DNA of 64,000 nucleotides from Amphiscolops sp. MND2022. Lineage: Eukaryota. This document shows, piece by piece, positions 49,201-60,021 of the stretch. The DNA lies in contig OZ076412.1 of NCBI GenBank assembly GCA_964187785.1, forward strand, positions 55,614,001 to 55,678,000. The letters run 5' to 3'. The notes below the pieces were generated by a model. It saw only the letters and a list, made by a program, of their open reading frames with translations, had not been told where the DNA came from and made no database searches. Made by a program: the position numbers and the translations under genes. Within the stretch, counting starts at the first letter, position 1, and every line of letters begins with the position of its first letter.

Positions 49201-50401
49201 TGTCTGACACTGGGATTTCATTTTGGTTTAGTGAGCCCCCGTCACCGCACGAACCATTCATCCGGATTTTTTCCTTCTGACAACAGTATTATTCGGTTTT
49301 GTTGCACAAGGGCTTGTTTTGCAATGATATTGTGTTGCTCTTCTGTATGGGCCAAGGACTTTTGATAAAATTGGATTTCGCCAAAAATGGAGTTTTGGAA
49401 AAGTTCAATCTTCGTTTCTGAAGACAAACCCCTTTTTCGCAGCGTTGGAGAAAACTTCTATTACACTAAAGCTTGAGCCGTACGGACCAAGCACGGTACC
49501 TATAAATTGTTAGAAAAACTGCTAAAGAAGATGAGCTTCTGGCAAAACGAACTAAAAGTTGAAAAATGTATGCTCTTTTTAAGAACCGCTATGCTATTTA
49601 GGGTTGATTGGTTTCTCAATTTTGTCTACTTTGCGCATTGTAAATTGTCAAAAACATGTTCGTGGGCCATTTCGGGCAGAAAATATCACTTGATTTACGG
49701 GTGCCTTGTTTATATGAGAACTTAGGGCCACTCTTGTTCAACCGACTCAATTGCTGATGTTTTTGGTCTTGATCAATTAACCGACTCATTCACAGCATTT
49801 TATTATAATTTTTGTAATCTATTCATTGTATATTCCAAAAGAAAATTTAGATTAGTCGTATTGCGTTTATATTTTCGAGTGATTGCGGAGAATTGAGATT
49901 TCCCGTGTATCTTTCTTTAATTAAAGTTAATATTTATTGAGTTCATTTTGCGTTTTGTTGAAATTTCACTGCTTTCCAGGTCCCTGGTTCTTTGGACGTC
50001 TCTTGAGTGATAAATGGGCGTTTGTTTTTGTGAATGGAGTCTTCTTTCTAGATGGAACTTTCCTTCCCTCGGGATTGAATTACATATTCGGGTTGTTTCA
50101 TCTCGTCATGTTTGACCTTCCGATGGTGTTCATTGTTTCCTCTATTCTCCGTACCTCCACCAAAAATGGTGACTCGGCTGCATTCTCCAAGCTCAGTAGA
50201 AGAAAACCTTCTATCGCTGACGTCATGAAACGTCGAATGTTGCTTTTTATTGCTCTAATTCTACTGATTTGGCAGAGCCACAAATGCTTCGAAGTTTATT
50301 TAAATTATGGATTAATTGCAATGATGTCTAACATCATTGAATTTTATTGCATATTTTTGTATATTTATCAGCTACAATTTGCAATGCGATATAGAATTTG
50401 A
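31246..50401 (+). CDS. TMEM62: Transmembrane protein 62 (metallophosphoesterase domain + multi-TM); exons 31246-31449, 31880-31991, 32077-32238, 33045-33239, 33626-33743, 34029-34316, 34627-34807, 48638-~48855, 48898-49014, 49980-50401
   Basis: Motifs WFVQ|VTDLHIS, LVTG|DLTDAK, WIDIRGNH|D, LFIGID..PGPARPLNFFG, YGHH, YLCGHLH, LELELADFQNNRRFRVVALDHDLMSFAD..WPVIVITCPK, G|PWFFG. Splice phases are consistent except for one ambiguous donor (exon 8). The start ATG is uncertain (31246, 31261 or 31273). Confidence 0.92.
35121..35939. repeat. Composite HINE-like repeat cluster, left flank of the Gypsy insertion (continues at 47897-48440)
   Basis: AACAAGCCGGGGGTGGCCCAAGTCG start; AAAATCCCAAAGGGTCC is interrupted by the LTR and resumes as GTCCCTTTTTCC after the 3' LTR. 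Confidence 0.65.
35704..35765 (+). pseudogene. tRNA-like (Glu-like) degenerate sequence or SINE head
   Basis: A-box TGGTCTAGTGG and B-box-like GTTCGAG with tRNA-like spacing; no clean cloverleaf. A similar A/B-box pair lies on the minus strand at about 55655-55712. Confidence 0.4.
35940..36349 (+). repeat. 5' LTR
   Basis: (T)GTCATGTACCGTACGG...CAACTATATGACA; terminal TGTCAT/ATGACA inverted repeat with the first base lost or mutated; aligns to 47482-47896. Confidence 0.93.
36400..37444 (+). pseudogene. Gypsy gag (frameshifted)
   Basis: FCGKDTENFKQFERQLRSSLGIA..LYLQLHMNGNALAFFDQL..FENALTALRNRH, a capsid-like helical pattern typical of Gypsy gag. Confidence 0.75.
37500..41450 (+). pseudogene. 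Gypsy pol: protease, RT, RNase H, integrase (multiple frameshifts and stops)
   Basis: LVDTGA (37551); RLLVDLRKIN..FAKLDC; FQYVDDLG (about 39075); VLTDASYHSAGYVL; LTDNRSL; HNSKFGGHLG..C..C; LLQIDIVG..LTAIDVFSRYLFA; HPQTIRVLERSH. Confidence 0.93.
42537..44779 (+). pseudogene. env-like class I (F-type) fusion glycoprotein, frameshifted
   Basis: Hydrophobic signal-like N-terminus; furin site RNKR (42942-42953) followed by fusion-peptide-like AIPLVLAAGAATGIFGLGFG; heptad region; Cys-rich YLAV..QCIG..ICF..SCLATLF..C; C-terminal TM YLCFGTAIFVLSTTIHCLMSY. Breaks at about 43220-43338 and 43680. Confidence 0.85.
46472..47384 (-). pseudogene. Antisense spliced JmjC/cupin-like 2OG-Fe(II) oxygenase gene inside the LTR element; exons 47384-47277, 47162-46782, 46714-46472
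   Basis: LILLAEGPSFRGPHEDG (HxD), LIRGVKLWAFL (GxKxW) and FRLVVQRPGDTVVFQKNVGHLVLT (distal His). Phase-0 GT-AG introns of 114 and 67 nt (GAG|gtgaga..ttttag; GAG|gtgagt..tttttag). In-frame stops at 47151-47153 and 46788-46790. Confidence 0.72.
47482..47896 (+). repeat. 3' LTR
   Basis: Aligns to the 5' LTR with roughly a dozen substitutions and a few small indels by eye; followed by GTCC. Confidence 0.93.
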
Positions 50402-50921
50402 CATTGAGTGGTGCTTTTTGATTTGTATTTACTGCAAGATTCTTTCTGATATGATTTGATACCAAGTTCATTCTATGGATATTCTCCTCAATAGTAAAAA
50501 ATAGTCATCTAAAATTTACAACTTCCAGAAAATTTTTTCTCAATAATTTTAAGCTGAAGTGTTATAGAAGCTGTAATGTTTTTTTAGACTTCTATTGACC
50601 CGCTTTCGTCTCCAGGTCTTCAGCTAGTTTATTTAATTCCCGTATTTAGTTTATTTAATTCTTTTAGGGAGTGATCCCTTCAGGTCAACTGATCTTGAAT
50701 CATGATGATGAGTTATGTGCGATTTTGTCTTCTCACTTTTGGTTTGCATATTTTTGTTACATCATCAGTTGCCTGTAAATCCATAAAAATAATAATAGTA
50801 CCAGAGCTTTATTGAGATGAGCGAAAGATTCTTGATCATTCATACGCCTAGAGCGTTGCCTGTATTTAAATACGAATGCAAAACGTCGAAGTCGAAACAC
50901 TTTCCACTAGGCAATTTACTT

Positions 50922-51201
50922 GGACATTTGCTGCTAAAGGCAAAATGCAACTAAGCTAATTGCTACTAATTGGGTGCTACTACGAAGTGTGTAATTAGGT
51001 TTATTTAATTATGAAAACAATCAACTTTGCTAGATTGTGGCGAAAATTTGTCAAAATTGGTGGTTAATTAAGTGCTACATAAGGGTCTAAAGGTGTACTT
51101 GGTTCTTATGGGACTTCTTTATTAGTCCCATAGTCAACAGCTAGTTAGAATTAGTGGCAAACTGCCTAGTAGCGAATAGACCCATTTAGTAGCAAACGTC
51201 C
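50922..51201. mobile_element. Candidate MITE (about 280 bp)
   Basis: Imperfect terminal inverted repeats GGACATTTGCTGCTAAA and TTTAGTAGCAAACGTCC (15/17 match); TSD unclear. Confidence 0.45.
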
Positions 51202-52601
51202 TGTAACCCAAAATGTCATGTACGCTCAGTAGTTGTATTTCCATCTTACAGTCCGAGAAGAATCAAAGACGGTGTAATTTGGTACAGTGATTTTTTGCGC
51301 TACATCATAAAGAGTCCTCATTAGTTTCACCATCGAAATAGCTTATCAGATTTGTTAAGTCAATGCTACGCTGATGGCTTTGATCTTTCAGTTGACGATT
51401 GATTATTCGGGTTTTTCTTGCTTTGGTATCCCCCGCCTCCCTCAAACCCCCGCTGTTGACACTGATGCGATCATTGCTTGTCTTCGTAGAATTTACCAGG
51501 TGAAACAACGGTTGTACAACTTTGGCAGTCTGTTGACAAGCAAATAGCCAATCTTGGGCTCTTTATGCGTTTTTTTAGTCGAAAAAAGTTTTTCTTGAAA
51601 CTCTTGGCAAGATCTTGCAAGATTGCACATATTGTTGACGCTCTTTGTTAAGAATCTTGCCAAGATTCTTACCAAGGGTTTCAGGAATATACAAGAGTTG
51701 CAAAATATTTTACTCTGGGTTGCTAAAAAAGCTTTTGTCAATCGGCCCAGTACTTCAAATCTACTCAGTGGAAACGAAAGATTTAGTCACTTCTGCAACA
51801 ACGACACAAGTATCCATTGACCAACCCTCATTAGCCATTGGGGACAAGTTTTTTCAGTAACCTTGGGGGGATATAACAGTAAACAACAGACAAAGTTTAG
51901 AACTTTTCATAGAATGTTCTTATCAAATGCGGCTTACAATGAGATCAATGAGTCATGTGTCATGCAGTCCTGTGATAAAAGAATGGAATCTCTAGTTGGT
52001 ATTATGCTGTTTGAAGCACTCCATTTTTTGCCAAGATATCGAATTATCGATGAAGGAAGTGCCTTTAAAGAAATTCCTAGACAGTTTATCCAGCTAACAT
52101 TCGTGTTTCTTCGAAATTTCTCTGAAAATTGTTGCAGAAGTTTGCAAATAACACTAATCTTCAGATTGAGATATCCTTACCGTTGCAAATTCATGATTCT
52201 TTCAAAAACCATGCTATGTGGGTTTCTATTAATACTTCAATTCATCAATGTTCTTCACTGATTGCAGTATCAAACATAGAGCCCTTAGTGTTAGCACGTC
52301 CTAAAAAAATCGAATTCTCCACTAAAATAAATTAGGAACATCTATCAAGATTGGGTATAAAACTGAGTCTTGAGTATCAATAATTTTCTATTTACATCAG
52401 GGAGCTCAAAGTTTCCAATGCATTTTTTTCATAATGGTTCTCTTGACTTCTGCTTCTTTCAAATGGACTTCTGCTTTTTAAGGCTCTGAAACCGAATTCA
52501 CGATATATTACATCTGAAACTTGTATTTGCAAACAATACTGGTAGCAATCTATTAAACGACGTTTGGAGGAAATAACTTCCAAAGCAATTTGGAGATAAC
52601 T

Positions 52602-52678
52602 TTCAAGACAATTTATTGTTAAAGTTCGAAAAAGGTCATCAAGACAATTGATTGTTAAAGTTTGAAAAAGGTCATCTA
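52602..52678. repeat. 36-bp tandem repeat (2+ copies)
   Basis: CAAGACAATT(T/G)ATTGTTAAAGTT(C/T)GAAAAAGGTCAT occurs twice. Confidence 0.8.
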
Positions 52679-53489
52679 AAGTATTAATTTGAGTAGAAAT
52701 CGATTGAAAAATTTGTCCCATGACTCGGCCTTCCTCCTTCAAAGGCGCTTCGAGCCCTCCAGGTCGGCCTTCGTCGAAACCAGCCGTTAGCCCGGTAACA
52801 AAACTTGCACGTTATTTACAATCCCCTTCAAAACTTGAGAAATGGAAACGGGGCGAAAATCCGAGAAACTTGCAATTTTTCGAAATCAACATTTGTTTAT
52901 CCTGTAGAAAAAAATTTGCAGAGGATACCGTTAATCGTATTTTAAAAGCTCATGTTTTTAATATTTCTGCTTTAGCAGGAATATTATTGAAATCCGAAAA
53001 TGTCTACTTATTTTTTTTTCAGTACAATGTTCGTAATTGTGCTTTCGTTGCCCCGAGTTAGAGATGAAGCGAATGAGTGTTAATTATTCGTTCGTTGAGA
53101 GCTTCGCCTGCATTCAAATGCGAATGCGAAACTTCGTCTACGCTTAGTAGTTATAGTTTCTTTAGTCCGGGAAGAATTAAAGGCGGTGTAAACTTGTACA
53201 GTGATTACATGTAATTGTGCGCTAAATAATGATTAAACAAGAGTGTATTGGTATTCCAGATATGATTCTTTTATTAATGAATTTTTTGTTTCAAAAAAAT
53301 AAAGATTAAAGCAGAAATAGTACTGAGCCCCGGAGGGGCCTATTTTGAAACGAAGTTAGTTCATTCTGAAGAAGCGAATCATTTTCATTGAAGTGACCAG
53401 ATTTTGTTATAAGCTCGGTTTTCTCTCGCCAAAGTGCTTGAATTTTCAATTTTTGTCAAAAGTTTTTTTTGTATTTGATAATGAAAGTT

Positions 53490-54360
53490 ACCGAAAAACT
53501 TTATATCAATGACCTGCCTGCTGTTTTTTCAACGAAAAGTAAAATCGCAATATTTGCAGACGATACATCTGTTCCAATCCGGGAAACAAAATTTGTTAAC
53601 AATTCAAAATGATATAAATGAAATGACAAATTGGTTTGCTTGCAACAAACTGTCCATCAATTCTTCAAAATGTGAAACTATTTCGTTTGGTATCGGCAAA
53701 CCTCCAGGTTGAAAGTTGATAACAACATTCCTGATAAACCTCACTGCATATACTTAGGGGTTCATTTGAACCCTCAGCTCCATTTCCGCGAACATATCAG
53801 CTACGTAGCAAAAAAATTGAACAAATTCTGCGGACTGATGTACAGAGTCAGGTATATGTACCTTAAGAAATGTCTTTCAGAATTTTATAACTCTTATGCT
53901 AAAACTCATCAGTTATGGTTTATTCATCTATGGGAGTGCCCACAAAAGCGATTTGGAATGTTTGACTAAGCTCAGTGTCGTATTCTTAGAGCAGTTTTTT
54001 CAAAAAAAGTGTTTGACAGCCTGAGGGATGTTTACAAACAAACGAAACTTCTGACAATTTACGAAATGTTCATTAATGAAATTTTCCGCGAAATTATTAA
54101 TCAATTGCGATCAAAATTCCCGCTAGATATTCGAGATGAAATGAACTTTCGAAATCTGTATGAAACTCGACGTTCTGTGAAAGGATTACTACCCATAACT
54201 TACAGTCGAACGGTCACGAAAGGTAAATCATTGAAAAACACTCTACGCAAAGGCTGCAATTGGTTGACTAGCATGGATCTGCTTCCCTCTGACTTCACCA
54301 CTTTAGCTGATTATCAAACAAAAGGCCATCTCAAAACTATATGTAACTTGTACATCAAAG
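53490..54360 (+). mobile_element. 5'-truncated decayed LINE RT/C-terminal fragment (L2/Crack-like)
   Basis: INDLP..FADDT, QNDINEMTNWFACNKLSINSSKC and YLGVHLNPQLHFREHISYVAKKLNKFCGLMYRVR, with frameshifts. Confidence 0.85.
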
Positions 54361-54501
54361 ACAGTCAGGTTGCTTCCTCATCTCGCTACCCAAACTTACT
54401 TTTTTCATTACCTATTTTACCGAGGTAAAAACATAATAAACGTGATGTCCAATTTTGAAAATAGTATATTAGGTTGCTGCATAATTGATTCTCCGGGCAG
54501 A

Positions 54502-54861
54502 GACTCGACGAGCTGTATAAGCTTTCTCTGTCCTTTTAGATGCTATCAATGTATTTATATATGTATATATAAACTTTTGATGTTTGCATCTAAATAATTA
54601 AACTTTCTTCCTTCGATAACCAGAAAACGCTGACACGCGTCGTCAGTTGTCAGAAAAGATCAACCGTGAACTCAAATTTTCAAATGTATTTTCCCGCCTA
54701 ATGTCACAATTTTCAGAGCATTTGCAATGGTCAAGAAAGTTTTCGTCACTGTCGGAACGACTCTGTTCGAGAAACTGATCAGCGTGCTAGAAGATGAGCA
54801 ACTTATCAAGGTTTTATCCAGTAGGGGTTACTCTTGTATAGTTGTACAACATGGAAAAGGT
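54502..54861 (+). pseudogene. Tandem duplicate of the ALG13 promoter region and partial exon 1 (382-bp period)
   Basis: 54502-54861 matches 54884-55243. The upstream copy encodes MVKKVFVTVGTT..QHGKG and then breaks into a 22-bp filler. Confidence 0.9.
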
Positions 54862-55108
54862 CCAATCCAGGTTGTACAACATGGACTCGACGAGCTGTAT
54901 AAGCTTTCTCTGTCCTTTTAGATGCTATCAATGTATTTATATATGTATATATAAACTTTTGATGTTTGCATCTAAATAATTAAACTTTCTTCCTTCGATA
55001 ACCAGAAAACGCTGACACGCGTCGTCAGTTGTCAGAAAAGATCAACCGTGAACTCAAATTTTCAAATGTATTTTCCCGCCTAATGTCACAATTTTCAGAG
55101 CATTTGCA

Positions 55109-57347
55109 ATGGTCAAGAAAGTTTTCGTCACTGTCGGAACGACTCTGTTCGAGAAACTGATCAGCGTGCTAGAAGATGAGCAACTTATCAAGGTTTTATC
55201 CAGTAGGGGTTACTCTTGTATAGTTGTACAACATGGAAAAGGTCGCGCTCCTGAGATATCCCCTCAAGTCCTCCATAAATACAATAGTGAGTCAATTCAA
55301 GTTGAAGCTAACATCATCAGGAATCCCCAAATGTTTTGAATTGGTAGCAATTTGTCATTTTTTCTGTAATCTGTAAAAGTCAGAACAAAACGAGAACGTC
55401 TCAAGTCGGCACCCCGCTTAAGGCTCATATGGCAAAAAGCAGTCTATTCATGCTCAGGGAATTTTTGAAAATTTCTCATATATACTCAGAATGGTTTCTA
55501 GGAAGTTCTCCGCCATACCAATTCGAAGGGGGCCGTGTTGCCTCGGAAAACGCTTTTCTTTGACTAAAAAGATTGAAAAACAAAATTGTGGGAAAAATTC
55601 GAAAATTTATCAGAAAACAGTGGCAAAAGCGTCTTTTCCGAAGTTGCAAAAATTAGACCTCGTAGTGGGCTCAAACCCACCATCTCCTGCTTGGGAATCA
55701 CTAGACCAGGTGACTGTCAAGCGGCGTGAGCAAACTGCTAAAAGGTAGACCATTTAGTGTGAAGTCTCGTCTGACAAAATCGTTAGTTTGAAAATTGAAC
55801 TTTGAATTCAATTACACTTGATTAGAGCTTTACCTAAAACTTAAACCACGTAAATCGTACAACTGAAATACCAAATATGTACAAAACATTGATTTCTTCG
55901 AAATGTGGTCCAATCCGAAGTTGGTTTAAAATCTCTAAAATTGTTCCATTGAAGCAGTTTTTCCAGATTCTGTCATTTCCAATATAATCTTTTGTCCCAG
56001 CTTCGTTTTTCCGTACGATTATTATTTGATATTTCTGCGTTTAAATTTTAAACTTTGAAATTTTCGGGTCTTTAGTACGGCCACATGCAAAAGCGGCCAT
56101 TATCAATCTACCTTGACACGCATACGCTCCCGTTTTTTTTGAAATTTTATCTGCATGAGCTGGAGTATTTCTTGACAAAATGTTGTTACGTTTGTTTTCT
56201 AAAAGCATCTAGTCTGACTCTCCGCACCGAGAGGGACACTTTAAATGATATGAAGCGAACGAAGATTTGCGTATCGTTCTTTGAGAGCCTCGCCTGCATT
56301 CAAACATTATTCAAGAAGTCGTTACCGCTTACTATTCAAGGAATAAATTTTATGATCCGAGATTTGAATGCTTTCAGTTAAAATTACTACGCCGAAATTC
56401 AAAAATTCGAATGTGTTTTTGGGTAACATGTGGGGATTTACTTCCGGAAGTTTTAATGATTTTGTTCCGAAAACCTATGTGAAAATCATAGATGATTTCC
56501 TTTCTGAAATTTCTTTGCAAATTTTTGCATTGCAGAAAAGCCACTGAGCCCCGAAAAGGCTGATTTTTTGAAGTTAGCAAAAAACATGTATAGCAGTGGA
56601 ATTTTTAAATTTACACCTTTTTTTTAATTTCGCAGCAGCTTGTCTAGCTCTCTTGACAGCTACAGGAGCTACTTCTCTCATGACAAAGCTCTCTATATCA
56701 TGACGTTGACAAAGTTATATATAGTTGATAACAAAGATCTATTCAATTTTTTTTAAATGAAGTTAAGTAAGGCACATGTTTGGTTCTCAAGGGCGCAAAC
56801 TAAGAAGAGTAGAAATACTCATTTTGCGTCCTATATCTATTTGATGAATTTTTTCTTTGATTCTTCGTGTACTTTTAAATATTCAATTGAATAAAATGTT
56901 CCAAAGCGAACAGCGAACGGGTATAGCCTAAGTAATCGTTCGCTGAGAGCTTCGTCTGTCTCTAGTCCAAGATTTGTATGCTTCCGATCAAAATTACTAA
57001 GTTTGCATTTTTTCGCAGTGATGTTGTATTCATACGATTACAAGTTGTCAATTTCGGAAGACATCGAATCAGCTGACCTTGTGATCTCCCACGCTGGAGC
57101 TGGCACTTGCATAGAAGTACTCAATGCTCACAAACCCCTGATCGTGGTTGTCAATGAAAGTCTCATGCATAATCACCAAACTGAATTAGCCAATCAGCTG
57201 ACAGATGACAGCCATTGTCTGAACTGTATCCCTGAAACGTTGCTGGAAACCTTTTTGTCTTTGGACCAATCTAAATTGAAAGCTTTACCACCTGCGAAAC
57301 CAGAGTTGTTCGTCCAATGTCTAGATCGTTTTTTCGGGTTCGCTTGA
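55109..57347 (+). CDS. ALG13: UDP-N-acetylglucosamine transferase catalytic subunit ALG13 (short form, 168 aa); exons 55109-55286 and 57019-57347
   Basis: VFVTVGTTLF, ADLVISHAGAGTCIEVL..KPLIVVVNESLMHNHQTELA; phase-1 junction A|gtgagt..cgcag|TG. Confidence 0.93.
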
Positions 57348-57803
57348 ACCATACCATGAATTGCTAAAAATTTTCTCTGGAAACAAGCTGTATCTTTATT
57401 TCTCTGGAAATTTTTTTTACATCATGCTCATGTTTGTGAAGTAATTTCAAATTTTGGATAACTTATGCTCTAGCTAATTTAAAATATTATCTTTCATTGT
57501 GAACCCAAGACACCACTGAAAGAGTTCAGAAAACATTGAAACTTTTGCTTCATTAGGCTTTCAAAACTTTTTCATTTCCCCACACTTTTCATACTCTAAC
57601 GAAATATTAAGAAACCTTGCTGAATAACAATTCGTTGGATTTTTTTTAAAACTGTGGAAAAGGTTAAAGAGCCAAACATTGTAAAGATTGAAGCTCAAGA
57701 ACAGTTATCCATTCTTTTCAATAATCATTATGCTGCTTGAACTGTTGAGTTTTTCACTCAATCAACCCGCCACTGTTCGATGAGTTAGTTTCTGGTAGTT
57801 TTA

Positions 57804-59911
57804 AACAAGACTGGAACGTCTAAAGTGGGCGCTATATCTAAGGCTCAAAAAGCGCCTATATCTAACATTTTAGGATATGCTCAGGAGGTTTTTAATGAAA
57901 GTTTCAGTTTCGAAACATCTAAGGGTGCCTTTCGTGCACGGAAAACGGTTCAGAAGTTCGGATAGCGTGCTGTAACAAACGCAAGCGCTTTTTTCGATCC
58001 TACGTCTTTTCCCCAGAAAAACGCAAATTACTTCGCATAAAACGTGAAAAGGTCGGATATAGCGCTTTACTCCGTGTATTACGTCAAAATTTCAGCTAGT
58101 ATTGAAAAAAATTATTTGTGGGTATATATCAAGAAAACCTCATTTCAGACTAGAGAATTTAATTTCTCTCATAGTGCCACAAAAATTAAAAGTCGAGACT
58201 CTTTGGGCTTTTTGAAACTCCAGTTTGTTGCAAAATGTCAAAAAATTTGAAGGGGACCCTTTGGAGATTAAAAAAATCGAAAAAGTTGCGTTGTACGGAA
58301 AAACTCAAAAGGGGGCTATAGTCTCGCCGGTTTTGTATCTTACGTTAAAAATGGAATAAATGAAAGGGGGACGCTTTACACTAACTTGAAAAGTTTGAAA
58401 GTTTTATTTTCTTGAACGTATGCATAATACAATATATTGCAGTTATCAAAATATTGAAGTAACAAAACGTCCAAGCAGGACAGAAAAGGAGCATAATCAG
58501 CTCTTCGAGTTTCTGCCCTGGACATTAGAGAACCAAATTCAGACCAACTCAAACTGATTCATTTATTATTCACAGTCACTAATTTTTCCACGAAAAAAGT
58601 CATCAATTATTCTTTAGTTAGTGTTATAGATCCAGCAGTTTCTCACGAACAGCGACCAACTTTTTTATTGGAAGAATAATGCGAAAAGGTCACTACTATC
58701 TGTTATATAAAGCCTTTTTAGGTTTTTCAGGTATGTTTTGATTTGCCGCTGTGACATGGTTAACGGTAGTCACATGGTAAACTTTCGGCACCCGTTTTGA
58801 ATAAAGGTAACACCTTTGCAATTTTCAGACATTCAGGAAAGAACTGTTTTTCAATGCAGTTATTAAAACTTCCCACCAAATGTTTTGCAATTATTGGTGA
58901 ACAACTTTCTAAAATTTCGTTACTGATGCCATCGTGACTACTGCTTTTCGCTTTTGTTTTTTAAACTCGTAACTATTTTAGAAACTTCCAATTCACTCGT
59001 GTAGTTCAAGACCATTGACTTCTCAAATTTGTCACTTCATATTTGTGTTGAGCAGGAGGAATAGACGAGGCCAATTGGTCCAATGGCTGTGAAAAATTGG
59101 TTGATCTCCAGGTCAGGAAGGTTCACAGCAGGTTGATCATTCCTTCTGTAACTTTTCAAGTTTCGATAAATCATTTTTGCGCTTGGATGCGTTTCCGCTA
59201 GCGGGTCCAGTACTTTAGTAGTTCTGTTAAAAGTGTCCACTACGCATACATTTTGTTATCTGACGAAAAAAACGCTGGGATAAAGAGATTGTTTATGTTG
59301 AAAAACTTGACCATTCGCTTGTACAGAAGTTTCTCGAAAATTTTACTAAGGGAACGGTAGTTACATGGTTAACTTTCGGCACCCGTTTTGAATAAAGGTA
59401 ACACCTTTGCAAGTTTCAGACATTCAGGAAAGAACTGTTTTTCAATGCAGTTATTAAAACTTCCCACCAAATGTTTTTCAATTATTGGTGAACAACTTTC
59501 TAAAATTTCGTTACTGATTCCATCGTGACCACTGCTTTTCTTGTTTTTTAAACTCGTAACTATTTTAGAAACTTCCAATTCATTCGTGTAGTTCAAGACC
59601 ATTGACTTCTCCAATTTGTCACTTCATATTTGTGTTGAGCAGGAGGAATAGACGAGGCCAATTGGTCCAATGGTTGTGAAAAATTGGTTGATCTCCAGGT
59701 CAGGAAGGTTCACAGCAGGTTGATCATTCCTTCTGTAACTTTTCAAGTTTCGATAAATCATTTTTGCGCTTGGATGCGTTTCCGCTAGCGGGTCCAGTAC
59801 TTTAGTAGTTCTGTTAAAAGTGTCCACTACGCATACATTTTGTTATCTGACGAAAAAAACTAGTCACTATAATATTCGTGCTTTTTTCCTTAAGGGAAAA
59901 TGCGCCGTCTA
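57804..59911 (+). mobile_element. Expanded HINE-like element containing duplicated LINE fragments
   Basis: Family 5' end at 57804 and 3' hairpin-like end AAAATGCGCCGTCTA at 59897-59911; the internal AAAGTGTCCACTACGCATACATT block is shared with the 30113 copy. Confidence 0.55.
58763..59858 (-). mobile_element. Two tandem copies (587-bp period) of a LINE EN-RT linker fragment
   Basis: ORFs at 59037 and 59624 are offset by 587 bp; EVSKIVTSLKNKKSSGHDGISNEIL..FPECLKLAKVLPLFKTG. Confidence 0.85.
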
Positions 59912-60021
59912 AAAATACTGAAGTAGTCATCTTCTCAATACTCACGTTCCCTTTCAGATTGTACATGTTTTGTTGTTGAGCTGTTGCTGTTTTGGAAGTA
60001 GAAAGAGTAGAACAGACCAAA

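Noticed and set aside
51780-52742. Medium ORFs (132, 116 aa) as a host gene or transposase
   Set aside because: No recognisable motifs; one is inflated by a 36-bp tandem repeat.
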